Origin: Gemmatimonadota bacterium
GTDB lineage: Bacteria > Gemmatimonadota > Gemmatimonadetes > Palauibacterales > Palauibacteraceae
DNA: 64,000 bases
Reading direction: 5' to 3'
Assembly (NCBI GenBank): GCA_963666735.1
Contig: OY762926.1
Location: 960,001-1,024,000, forward strand
Shown: piece after piece, positions 20,669 through 30,534 of the stretch
Position numbering within the stretch: the first letter of the stretch is position 1
How the letters are laid out: each line of letters opens with the position of its first letter
Position numbers and translations under genes: made by a program
The notes under the pieces: model-generated
Seen by the model: only the letters and a program-made list of their open reading frames with translations
Databases searched by the model: none
Told to the model about the DNA's origin: nothing

Positions 20669-21451
20669 CTAATCCGAAAGGCGGAGGGCGAGCAGCTTGG
20701 GCCAGAGCTTGCCGGTCACGAGGAAGACGCCGGTCTCGGGGACGTAGGCGATGCCGTTGAGCACCGCGTCGATGTCGCCCGGCCGACGGACATCGAGGGG
20801 GACGCTCGAAAGGTCGATCTCGCCGAGGACTTCGCCGGTGGCCTTGTCGATGCGGACGATGACGTCCGTCTGGTAGACGTTGGCGTAGATCCAGTCGTCC
20901 ACACACTCCAGTTCGTTCAGCCGGTGTTGCGGCGACCCGTTGCGCGTGACCTCGACCGTCGCCAGTACCGTGAAGTCCTGCGGGTTCCGGCGTTCGAGCG
21001 CGTTCGAACCGTCGGACATCCACAGCGCCTCGCCGTCGTAGCAGAGTCCCCACCCGTCGCCGTCGTAGGTGAACTCCCGGAGCACCGCGAAGGTCTCGAG
21101 GTCGTAGACGAGAGCCCGGCCCGCCTTCCACGTGAGCTGCACGAGTTCGGAGCCGACGCGCGCCAGACCCTCGCCGAAGAGGGCCGAATCCACCGCCACG
21201 CGTGCCTGGACCTCTCCCGTCGGCACGTCGACCCGGCGCACGCTCGACTCGCCGTAGCGGCCCGTGCTCTCGAAGAGGTGCCCGTCGTGGAAGAGGAGGC
21301 CCTGCGTGTACGCCGCGGGATCGTGCGGGAACGTGCCCAGCATCTCGTAGTCGATGGACGGGACGGTCGAGGACGCGCAGGCCGCCAGCGCGCCGAGCGC
21401 AAGCGTCCACAGGCCGCGGTAACCGGCTCGCGGCGGCTGCTGAGGCGTCAC
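20669..21451 (-). CDS. Glutaminyl-peptide cyclotransferase (type I QC), lipoprotein
   Basis: LAAC lipobox, PHDPAAYTQGL, ESTGRYG, FGEGL, QLTWK, GWGL, LNELE, VLNGIA, VTGKLWP. Confidence 0.92.
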   Translation of the reverse strand: MTPQQPPRAGYRGLWTLALGALAACASSTVPSIDYEMLGTFPHDPAAYTQGLLFHDGHLFESTGRYGESSVRRVDVPTGEVQARVAVDSALFGEGLARVGSELVQLTWKAGRALVYDLETFAVLREFTYDGDGWGLCYDGEALWMSDGSNALERRNPQDFTVLATVEVTRNGSPQHRLNELECVDDWIYANVYQTDVIVRIDKATGEVLGEIDLSSVPLDVRRPGDIDAVLNGIAYVPETGVFLVTGKLWPKLLALRLSD

Positions 21452-21458
21452 CGGAGCA

Positions 21459-23405
21459 TCAGATGAGATCGAGGACGGTCTCGACGGCTCGACGGCCCTC
21501 GGCGGACGCGCCGGTCCAGTTCTGGTGTCCGCGCAGTTCGGAATGCCCGATCGCGACGCGGCCGAACGGCTCGCGAATAACATCGGGCGGTGCCGGCTGA
21601 CCATCGTGTCCGAAGAAGAAACCCGGCCCCGGCGCCACGTAGGCGTGCCCCCAGCGGTTGAGAACGAGACCGCCGATGTCCTCCGCCGGATCGAAGCCTC
21701 CCTCCGCGAAGAGTTCGACCATCTGCGCCCGCAGCCGTCGTTCGTACCCTGTGAAGGAGGTGCTCAGCATCTCCGTGCGGCCCGTCATCCCCTGGTCCGC
21801 TGGCGACGTGCCGGGTGACTCGTACGTGATGTAGAACGTCAGCATCGTCGGGTGGTCCGGATCGTGGACCGGCCGGTAGTCTCCCGCGTACATGGGCCGC
21901 CGGATGTTGCACGAGAAGCCGAGATCGCCCTCGTAGAAGCAGCCGGCGATGCCCAGGCGGTCGAGGAAGCGCCAGTTCCGGAGCGCCACGTTCGCGACGA
22001 GGATCGGTCCGTGGCGAAAGCTCTCGTAGGCCACCCGGTGCCCGTCCGGCAGGTCGGCCGCGATGTGGCGGTTCATCCACCCCCCGCTCGCGAGGACGAC
22101 CCCGTCCGCCTCGACGGAGTACGCTCGGCCATCGTGGACGTAGGTGACCCGCACGCGACCGTCCCCGGTCCCCGCATGGCGCACGTCGATGGCGGTGCAC
22201 CCCAGGCGAAGGCGCACGGGCTGGTCCGGCCGGTCGAGGGCCCCGAAATCGATCGGCCCGTTCAGCACGTCCCCCAGCGCGAGTTCGCCGGCGATCCCGT
22301 CCGGCACGATGTCCTTCACGAAATACCGCGCGATCCCCGCGTTCCCGCCGGGGAAGGAGTGGAAGGTCATGCCATCGTAGCGGGAGGGGAGCCCGAAGCC
22401 CGGGAGGTCGAAGTGCATCCCCCACCACGCGGAGACCGCGTCGCAGCCGAGTCCGATGATGCTGGCAAGGAGCGGGTCCACGTACGCCGTCACCTCAGGG
22501 GGCAGGCCGAGTACATCCTCGTAGTAGGCCTTGAGCGTCATGCCGTCGAGCCACGGCCCGGGATTGTCCGGCCCCCCCGGCGCATCCGGGGGCACATGGT
22601 CCGCGACGCGGGCGTTGCGCCAGCGCTCGAAGCCCTCGCGCACCTGCGGCGTCCACGGCGCGCGGGAGGTGTCTCCGAACAGGCCGTTGACCCAGCCGCC
22701 CGCCCCGCCCGACCAGCCCGGGCGCCCACCCCGGCGCGTCCCGCCGAAGTAGTGCCCGATGGAGAACTGGTCCTGCACCCAGTGCATGAAACCGTAGTTC
22801 TCGAACGGCGCCTTCACCTCGCCCGCGTCGGACGCGTACTCGAACTCGCGCGGGATACCCAGCGTCGTGAAGTAGTCGTCCGGCTCCCCCGTGGGCGGAC
22901 GCACGCCGAAGTCGTTGGAGCCCTGCGGCCCGGCCAGCCGCACGCCATCGACCATGATGTCGTTCCGCTTGGCCTCGCCGCCGAACACCGGGTGGTTCTC
23001 GATGACGAGGCAGCGCCCCCCCGGCCGGTGCCGCTTGAAGTGGTGCGCGGCGGAAAGGCCCGCGAGCCCGCCGCCCACGATCACGACGTCGAAGCGCTCC
23101 CCTGTGTCCGTCACCTCCCCGCCCGGCGCCCGCCCGTCACGGACCCAGTGCGCCGAGCGCACCACCTCCGGCGTGTTCCCGTGCGAGGACGCGTAGTCCC
23201 CGACCCCTCCGGGCCCGTACCAGTCCGGCCCGAGCGCGTCGGACCACGGCTCGGAGGCCATGCCCGGGACGGCTCCGCCGCTCCCATCCGCCGAGCCGCC
23301 CGTCCCGCATCCGATGAGCGCGGAACCCGCGATCCCGGCCCCCGCCAACTGGACGAAGTCGCGGCGCGTGATCTCCCGGTCGAGCCCGAGTTCGCGGTCC
23401 TTCAC
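21459..23405 (-). CDS. Tat-exported FAD-dependent oxidoreductase, spermidine dehydrogenase-like
   Basis: LGLDREITRRDF Tat motif, GVGDYASSHGN, VGGGLAGL, ENHPVFGGEAKRN, NRWGHAY. Confidence 0.8.
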   Translation of the reverse strand: MKDRELGLDREITRRDFVQLAGAGIAGSALIGCGTGGSADGSGGAVPGMASEPWSDALGPDWYGPGGVGDYASSHGNTPEVVRSAHWVRDGRAPGGEVTDTGERFDVVIVGGGLAGLSAAHHFKRHRPGGRCLVIENHPVFGGEAKRNDIMVDGVRLAGPQGSNDFGVRPPTGEPDDYFTTLGIPREFEYASDAGEVKAPFENYGFMHWVQDQFSIGHYFGGTRRGGRPGWSGGAGGWVNGLFGDTSRAPWTPQVREGFERWRNARVADHVPPDAPGGPDNPGPWLDGMTLKAYYEDVLGLPPEVTAYVDPLLASIIGLGCDAVSAWWGMHFDLPGFGLPSRYDGMTFHSFPGGNAGIARYFVKDIVPDGIAGELALGDVLNGPIDFGALDRPDQPVRLRLGCTAIDVRHAGTGDGRVRVTYVHDGRAYSVEADGVVLASGGWMNRHIAADLPDGHRVAYESFRHGPILVANVALRNWRFLDRLGIAGCFYEGDLGFSCNIRRPMYAGDYRPVHDPDHPTMLTFYITYESPGTSPADQGMTGRTEMLSTSFTGYERRLRAQMVELFAEGGFDPAEDIGGLVLNRWGHAYVAPGPGFFFGHDGQPAPPDVIREPFGRVAIGHSELRGHQNWTGASAEGRRAVETVLDLI

Positions 23406-25519
23406 TGCGTCGTCGTCCCGCCGGTGCGGTAGCGCTCGAACCAGGCGAGGATGTGCTGCACCTTGCTGATCAAACCGCTCGGACGGGCCCCGATGCTGTG
23501 GTTCGCCTCCGGAATCCGCACGAGCACCGACGGCACCTTCTGAATCCGCAGCGCCTGGTAGAACTGCTCGGACTCGGACATCGGCGTCCGCCAGTCGACC
23601 TCCCCCGTGATCAGCATCGTCGGCGTCGTCACGTTCGCGATGTGATGGACCGGCGATCGCTCCATGTAGTGCTCGAGGTTGTCCCACGGCGCGCCCGGGA
23701 ACCAGTAATTCATGCCGCTCGAGCCGCCCATGTCCGCCGTCAGGACCCAGCTGTACCAGTTGATGACGGGCTTCTGCGACGCGGCCGCCGCGAAGCGATC
23801 CGTGTGGGTCACGATCCAGGCCGTGAGCACGCCGCCCCCGGACCCGCCGGTGACGAACAACTGGTCTTCGTCGATGTATCCGCGCGAAATCACCTCATCG
23901 ACGCCCGACATCAGATCGTCGAAGTCGTGGCTCGGATAGGCGTGGTGGATCTCGTTGCCGAAGTCCTCGCCGTAACTCGTGCTCCCCCTGGGGTTCGTGT
24001 AGAGGACGACATACCCCGCCGAGGCGAACAACTGGACTTCCGCGCTGAAGCGGTCTCCGTAGTTGGCGAACGGCCCGCCGTGGATCTCGAGCACGAGCGG
24101 ATACTTGCGGCTCGGGTCGAAGTCGGGCGGCTTCACGATCCAGCCCTGAATATCGAGCCCGTCGTGTGAGGACTTGTACCAGACTTCCTCGGTTTCCCCG
24201 ATCGCCTTCTGCGCGAAGAGATCCTCGTTCAGATGCGTGAGCCGCCGCCAGTCGCCGTTCCGGTTCGTCACGGCAAGATCCGCGGGATGGTCCGGGGTCC
24301 CGTAGGTAAAGGCGAAGTGGTCGTTCGAGGAGGCAGTGAAGGTGCCGCCTCCGTAGGGACGGCCGATGGACAGACCCTGAACGCTGGAAACGATGTCCGT
24401 CACGGTTCCGTCGAGGTCGACGTGGGCGAGTCGCGTGTTCCCCTCGGTGTCGTACTGGAAGAACAGCCCCTCCCCGTCGCTCGCCCAGTGCAGGTTCCCG
24501 ATCGAGCGGTCGAGGTCGTCGGCGATGAGACGCGAACCGGACCCGTTCCGGCTCATCACGTAGAGCTTCGACACCTGGTGTCCGAGGTAACGGTCATCGT
24601 AGCCGGTGTAGGCGATCATGCCGCCGTCGGGCGACACCGCCGGGCTCGAATCGGGTCCGCGGCGGTCGGTCAGTTGCCGCACCGCCAGTTGCCGCACCGC
24701 GCCGTCGGCCACGGAGAACTCGAAGATCTCGGAGTCCCGCACGTACTCCCAGTCGTCGCGCCGGGTGGCCGAAATGAGCAGGTGCTGCGAATCGGGCGTC
24801 CACTCGGGCGTCCCGCCGTGGTTGTAGGGGCCGTGCGTGACCTGGCGGGGCGTCCCGCCCTCGACCGGCAGGACGAACACCTGGGAGTAGCCGACGGGCA
24901 GGAAGCCCTGGCTGTCCGAGCGGTAGTAGAGCCGCTCATAGGTCGTCGCGGGTGGCGCCCACGTCGCGCCTTCGGGCTTGGCCGGCATCTGCGCGAAGGG
25001 CGGCGGCGTGTCCGGAACGAACATGCTGAAGGCGATCATGCGCCCGTCGGGGGACCAGGAGAGCCCGCCCGGGCCTCGCTCCAGTTGCGTGAGCAGGGCC
25101 GTCTGTCCGGTGTCCATCCAGCGCAGGTAGAGCTGCGACTTGCCGTGCTCGTCGCTCGCGACGTAGAGGAGCCGCGTGCCGTCCGGCGACCAGCGCGGAG
25201 AAGAGTAGTTGCTCTGCCCGGTGAGGAGCGGCCGGTGGTTCGAACCGTCGTAGTCGACGATCCAGAGGTTGCTCCGCTGCCGGTCCGTCATGATGTCCAT
25301 CGAGGAGCGCGCGTAGACGACCCGGGAACCGTCCGGCGAGATCCGGGGATCACCGGCGACTTCGAGTTCGAATACGTCCGCGGGGCCAAAGTGGTCCGGA
25401 TCCCGCTCCTGCGCGGCGAGTGGCCCGGCGGGGGCGAGGAGGGCAAGCGCGAGCGGGGCGGTCGCGACCCTGATGGCGAGGGTGGAGCCGACGACCCTGT
25501 GTTCTCGTGACGGCGTCAT
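23402..25519 (-). CDS. S9 family peptidase (acylaminoacyl/dipeptidyl aminopeptidase) with WD40/TolB-like propeller
   Basis: Signal peptide, repeated WSPDG, EIHGGP, GGSGGG nucleophile elbow, DWRTP, NH triad His. Confidence 0.92.
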   Translation of the reverse strand: MTPSREHRVVGSTLAIRVATAPLALALLAPAGPLAAQERDPDHFGPADVFELEVAGDPRISPDGSRVVYARSSMDIMTDRQRSNLWIVDYDGSNHRPLLTGQSNYSSPRWSPDGTRLLYVASDEHGKSQLYLRWMDTGQTALLTQLERGPGGLSWSPDGRMIAFSMFVPDTPPPFAQMPAKPEGATWAPPATTYERLYYRSDSQGFLPVGYSQVFVLPVEGGTPRQVTHGPYNHGGTPEWTPDSQHLLISATRRDDWEYVRDSEIFEFSVADGAVRQLAVRQLTDRRGPDSSPAVSPDGGMIAYTGYDDRYLGHQVSKLYVMSRNGSGSRLIADDLDRSIGNLHWASDGEGLFFQYDTEGNTRLAHVDLDGTVTDIVSSVQGLSIGRPYGGGTFTASSNDHFAFTYGTPDHPADLAVTNRNGDWRRLTHLNEDLFAQKAIGETEEVWYKSSHDGLDIQGWIVKPPDFDPSRKYPLVLEIHGGPFANYGDRFSAEVQLFASAGYVVLYTNPRGSTSYGEDFGNEIHHAYPSHDFDDLMSGVDEVISRGYIDEDQLFVTGGSGGGVLTAWIVTHTDRFAAAASQKPVINWYSWVLTADMGGSSGMNYWFPGAPWDNLEHYMERSPVHHIANVTTPTMLITGEVDWRTPMSESEQFYQALRIQKVPSVLVRIPEANHSIGARPSGLISKVQHILAWFERYRTGGTTTQ
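24671..24700. repeat. 15-bp in-frame tandem duplication (AVRQL x2)
   Basis: CAGTTGCCGCACCGC twice, exact. Confidence 0.9.
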
Positions 25520-25607
25520 GATTCCTCCTGGGCAGCATTCGATCTCTGCGGGACGTCCCGTAGCAGCCAAGGTAGCGCCTTTGCCGCCGCCGGATAGGTT
25601 GCGCGGC

Positions 25608-26705
<1,098 letters not shown>

Positions 26706-26765
26706 CATCACAAGACAAGCGGGAACGGCTCCGGCACGCGACGGACGCCTTAAGGGGGACGCAGG

Positions 26766-27851
26766 CTATCGCCTGTGCAGAGGGTGTCCGGGCAAGTGTA
26801 CCTGTCTCCGCGTCGCCAGGTCGAGTTCCTTGATGAACAGATCCGTATCGAACAGGTAGTTCGGGTAGGCCGCACGCAAGTTTGCCACGGAGTCCATCGC
26901 GACAAGGACGACCTCGGCACCATCGATCCCGCGGATCTCTTCTTCTCGCTCTTCGTATAGTTTGGCGGCTCCGGCCAGTCGCGACTTTCTGAAACCCGAG
27001 ACTGTCATGGATCGTTCATCGGGCCTTCGCTCGAGAAGAAAATAGTGGCAGTGGGGCGGAAGACGCTCGGGAGCATAGCTGATGAATGTTCGATAATCGT
27101 CAAGCGTGCCGACCACGTTGAGATCGGTCGCGAGCCGTACCAACGAGTCGCGTAGAGTCACCGGGTCCGACGGGGTCTCCGGGACCACGGGAGAGCGCTC
27201 CTTTATGGCCAGCCACGAGCCTGCCAGCGCAAAGAACCGCAACCAGCCCGCGTTCCCTTCACTGGACTTGAGCGCTTGGTCCTTGATGGCGCCGGCCGTC
27301 TCCACCGCGGTCGCCCAGGCGTGCTGGAGCTTTGAACGGAGTTGGATCTCGACCTGGAGTCCGTTGTAGGTCTCGTTTCTGTCGCTTCGATAACGGTATA
27401 CCAGATGAATGCCACGGTAGCCGGACGATTTGGGCCACTGGATATAATCCACCTCCCGGATGAGTTTGTGTTTCATCTTCGAGCGACGGTGTGCACTCCA
27501 CAGTTCGCGAACCGCGGCGGGGCTGCTGACGATCGCACGACAACCAGCGATGTCCTGCATCCGGGACAACTTCATCCCAGGAAAACGTCGCAGCTTGGCG
27601 ATCGTGGCCGGTGCCCGCTTCAGGCGCTGAGAGACGATGGCTTGGGATTCTATGCTCCTAATCCGTCGCCGCAGGCCCATCTGTATCGTGTTGAGCGGAA
27701 AGCTGTGCGCGGCGCGCCAGTTGTTCAGGACCGCGAGTTCGTGTCGGGTGTCCGGCTCGCCGCGCCCGTTACCCACCCATCCCGTGGCGGCCAGTTTCTT
27801 CCCGGCGCGGTCGACTTCGCTTCGCGTGTAGAGCGGTTGAATCCAGTCCAT
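26766..27851 (-). CDS. RelA/SpoT synthetase-domain protein, CapRel-like fused toxSAS-antitoxin
   Basis: WRAAHSFPL, QRLKR, MQDIAGCR, DYIQWPKSSGYRGIH, EIQLRSKLQHAWATAVE; C-terminal LRAAYPNYLFDT; lower GC than flanks. Confidence 0.8.
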   Translation of the reverse strand: MDWIQPLYTRSEVDRAGKKLAATGWVGNGRGEPDTRHELAVLNNWRAAHSFPLNTIQMGLRRRIRSIESQAIVSQRLKRAPATIAKLRRFPGMKLSRMQDIAGCRAIVSSPAAVRELWSAHRRSKMKHKLIREVDYIQWPKSSGYRGIHLVYRYRSDRNETYNGLQVEIQLRSKLQHAWATAVETAGAIKDQALKSSEGNAGWLRFFALAGSWLAIKERSPVVPETPSDPVTLRDSLVRLATDLNVVGTLDDYRTFISYAPERLPPHCHYFLLERRPDERSMTVSGFRKSRLAGAAKLYEEREEEIRGIDGAEVVLVAMDSVANLRAAYPNYLFDTDLFIKELDLATRRQVHLPGHPLHRR

Positions 27852-27947
27852 GATGATGGGAGGCTATCTCCGTATGTTCGCTCTCGCCACCGGGTGACGA
27901 CGTCCCCGTCGCAGGGTTCAGTCCGTCCTCGCCGTATCGCGATGCCG

Positions 27948-28502
27948 CTACCGGTCGTGGCGCAGGATGGGGAGGTAGGCCTTCCAGGGCCCGACCTCGT
28001 CCTCGAACCGGTGCGCGACGACCCGCGCGATCTGGGCGATGTGGTTGAGGTCGTGGACGGCCCAGGTGGTGAGCAGTTGCCGCAGCGTGACCTCGCCCAG
28101 TTCCGGGTGAAGGCCGCCCGCATCGAGATCGGCCTCGCCTTCGACCACTTCCCTGAGCGCCGCGAGTCCGGTCTCGCGCAGGGTCTCGAATTCGGTCAGC
28201 AGTTCATCGAGCGTGCGGCCGCGAGTGCGCTCGACGTGCGCGAAGCGGTCGAAGGGCGGGAAGGCCCGTTCGCGGCCGTGTGCCAGAATCCACCGCGCCC
28301 GCGGAATCCAGTCGTCGATCTCGCCCTGAATGAGATGTCCCAGCACGCTGAAGGGGCTGAACGTCCCCTCCCCCTCATCCGCGTGCAGGAGACCGGGCGG
28401 CAGATCCTCGAGTAGCACGCGCACCGTCCCCGGTGTCCGCGAGAGGAGGGTGAGTATCTCCTCCGCCAACTGCTCATCGCTCACGACAATTTCTTCCGTC
28501 AC
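27948..28502 (-). CDS. DinB family protein
   Basis: VLGHLIQGE..DWIPR, GLHPELGEVTLRQLLTTWAVHDLNHIAQI. Confidence 0.88.
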   Translation of the reverse strand: MTEEIVVSDEQLAEEILTLLSRTPGTVRVLLEDLPPGLLHADEGEGTFSPFSVLGHLIQGEIDDWIPRARWILAHGRERAFPPFDRFAHVERTRGRTLDELLTEFETLRETGLAALREVVEGEADLDAGGLHPELGEVTLRQLLTTWAVHDLNHIAQIARVVAHRFEDEVGPWKAYLPILRHDR

Positions 28503-28528
28503 TGTCTTCCGTCACTGTCTTCCGTCAC
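28492..28528. repeat. 13-bp tandem repeat (about 2.8 copies) over the DinB start codon
   Basis: TCTTCCGTCACTG at 28492, 28505 and 28518 (third copy partial). Confidence 0.9.
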
Positions 28529-28719
28529 CCGGTTTCTCCGCCAAATGTCGTCCGGACCACACGGGGCTCGGTCTGCGTTGCCGCCGCCCCGGGTGCGCGA
28601 ACCGAAACGGAACGCGACCTCCGCGGCTTTGCAACGGGGCTCCGCCTGCGCATCCTCTCCCGGTCCGTGAACCGGCCCGAAACGAGAACAACCCGCGTCC
28701 GAGCCAGGATCTTGCCGTC

Positions 28720-29622
28720 GTGAGCGAACCGCCAGTCCATACGGAAACGTCGTCCCGGAGCCGCTTCGTCCGGCGGTTGCGGGGAGACAAGCCGACGATG
28801 ACGGTCGAACTCCGGCCGCCTCGCAGCGGACTCACGCGGGGCGGGGCGATGGACATGTGGATCGACCTCTCCCATGCCATCCGGGGTCTCGCGGCGCGCG
28901 ACGCGTTCCTCATGCTCACGGACAGCGCCGTGGGCGAGGAGGAGGAGGAGAACCTCCAGCACCTCACCGCCAACCTCGCGAACGAGGTGGACCCGTGGCG
29001 GGTCGTACCCTTTCTCACCTGCCTCCACCCGCTCGACTACTGCCTGCGCTACGTCGACCGCGCGCGGGCCCGCGGCGTCGAGAGCGTGACCGTGACCGGC
29101 GGAGACAAGGTGCGAGGCGTCGAGCGCTGCCTCCCCCACGGGTATCAGCTTCGACAGAGATTCCGGGAGCGGGCGCCGCGCCTGTCACTCGGGGGCTGGG
29201 TCAACCTGCACCGCCCCATCGCCGAACAGATCGGTTTCGCCACGGACCCGGAGTATGAGGCGGACTACTACCTCACTCAAGTCGTTTCCCACCACGACCT
29301 GGCGCTGGCGGAGGGTTGGCTGACCGGCGCGGAGCGCGCGGGCCTCGAGATTTCCGGCTCATTCGGCGTCTTCTACTACCGGAACGGCCGGCGGACGGTA
29401 TTGGAACGGCTGTCCCGCTTCTTCCCCGTACCGGTTGAAGGGGTGGCTTCGGCCTTCGCAGCCGGAGCCACGCCGGAGCGGCACTGCGCGGAGACGATCG
29501 TCGCGCTTCGGCGCCTGGGGGCTGTGCACGTCTATCTGTGCAACCTCGCCCCGCACCGCGCCGCGACCCAGTTCGACCGCATCATGGCCGAGGTCGCCGC
29601 CATCGAAACCGAGCAGGGCTGA
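28720..29622 (+). CDS. Divergent methylenetetrahydrofolate reductase-like FAD TIM-barrel protein
   Basis: TVELRPP, LTDSAVG, PFLTC, VTGGD, YYLTQVV match the MetF fold pattern, but diverged. Confidence 0.65.
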   Translation: MSEPPVHTETSSRSRFVRRLRGDKPTMTVELRPPRSGLTRGGAMDMWIDLSHAIRGLAARDAFLMLTDSAVGEEEEENLQHLTANLANEVDPWRVVPFLTCLHPLDYCLRYVDRARARGVESVTVTGGDKVRGVERCLPHGYQLRQRFRERAPRLSLGGWVNLHRPIAEQIGFATDPEYEADYYLTQVVSHHDLALAEGWLTGAERAGLEISGSFGVFYYRNGRRTVLERLSRFFPVPVEGVASAFAAGATPERHCAETIVALRRLGAVHVYLCNLAPHRAATQFDRIMAEVAAIETEQG

Positions 29623-29664
29623 CCTCTCCGCCCGTCACGAGGTCGCCCGGCCAAAGCCAAAGCC

Positions 29665-30063
29665 CTACTCCGAGGCGTCGATTCGGTTCAGCTTGCCGGG
29701 CCACTCCAGGATCTGCGAATCGGCGGTCAACAGCTGGTGTCCTTCGAGAGCCGTCGCCACGATCAGCCGATCGGCCGGGTCGCCGCGCAGGCCGGGAAGC
29801 AGTCCTGCCCGCACGCCGATAAGACCGTTCACCGGGAGTTCGACGAGTCCCTGGGCAAGAAGGTCGCGACGCCAAGCCTCCGGGTCGGCGAGAAGATCGA
29901 ACCGCCCCGCGTGGACGCGCATGGCAACCTCCCAGAAGGAAATGGCCGACACCGCGGCGTGCCGCCGCCGTAGCGCACGCTCAATCGTCCGCCGCGCCCG
30001 TGGCCCCAGACGACGATCTCCACTCCTGAGCCATAGCAGGACATGCGTGTCGAGCAGGATCAA
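29665..30063 (-). CDS. vapC: VapC/PIN-domain toxin
   Basis: LLDTHVLLW, SAISFWEV, DPADRLIVATA, LLTAD; TTGA overlap with the antitoxin. Confidence 0.92.
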   Translation of the reverse strand: MILLDTHVLLWLRSGDRRLGPRARRTIERALRRRHAAVSAISFWEVAMRVHAGRFDLLADPEAWRRDLLAQGLVELPVNGLIGVRAGLLPGLRGDPADRLIVATALEGHQLLTADSQILEWPGKLNRIDASE

Positions 30064-30341
30064 AAAAGGTCGTCTCCGTCGTCCCCGGCATCCCACCACT
30101 CCCTGGGCATCGGCCCCACGATATCGCCCCGGATCCGGATGATGTCGCGATCTCGTCCGAACCAGGACTCGGGCGCCTCGTCGCATGGGACGAGCTTCGA
30201 CACGGGGCGGCCGTTCTTCGTGATGACGATCTCCTCGCCGGTCTCGGCGACCTCATCCATGAGTCTGAGACATTTCGCCTTGAACTCCGATGCCTTGATG
30301 GTCCGCGGCCCACCCGCGGGCCGCTTGTGGTCTGCTTCCAT
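30060..30341 (-). CDS. Phd/YefM family antitoxin
   Basis: IKASEFKAKCLRLMDEVAETGEEIVITKNGRPVSKLVP. Confidence 0.93.
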   Translation of the reverse strand: MEADHKRPAGGPRTIKASEFKAKCLRLMDEVAETGEEIVITKNGRPVSKLVPCDEAPESWFGRDRDIIRIRGDIVGPMPREWWDAGDDGDDLF

Positions 30342-30387
30342 CCGTCCGCTCCGAGCATGTCCGACGTCTTCAACGGACTCTCAATAG

Positions 30388-30411
30388 AACCATGGTTATG
30401 ACCATGGTCAA
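30388..30411 (-). promoter_or_regulatory. Tandem palindromic operator of the TA operon
   Basis: AACCATGGTT (30388-30397) and TGACCATGGTCA (30399-30410), overlapping a minus-strand TTGACC -35-like hexamer. Confidence 0.7.
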
Positions 30412-30534
30412 CGTGTTCTCCGACCCGGCGCCCGGGAGGGGGCAGCGGTTGGGCCGCGTAAGGTGTTACCCGACCGTCGGGCCTGCCCGGCACGCCTGAT
30501 GCCACGGTTCAACCCCAGCACGAGGAACTTGAAG

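Noticed and set aside
26755..27907. 7-bp inverted repeat GGGGACG/CGTCCCC flanking the CapRel-like gene
   Set aside because: Too short and GC-rich to exceed chance; no TSD.
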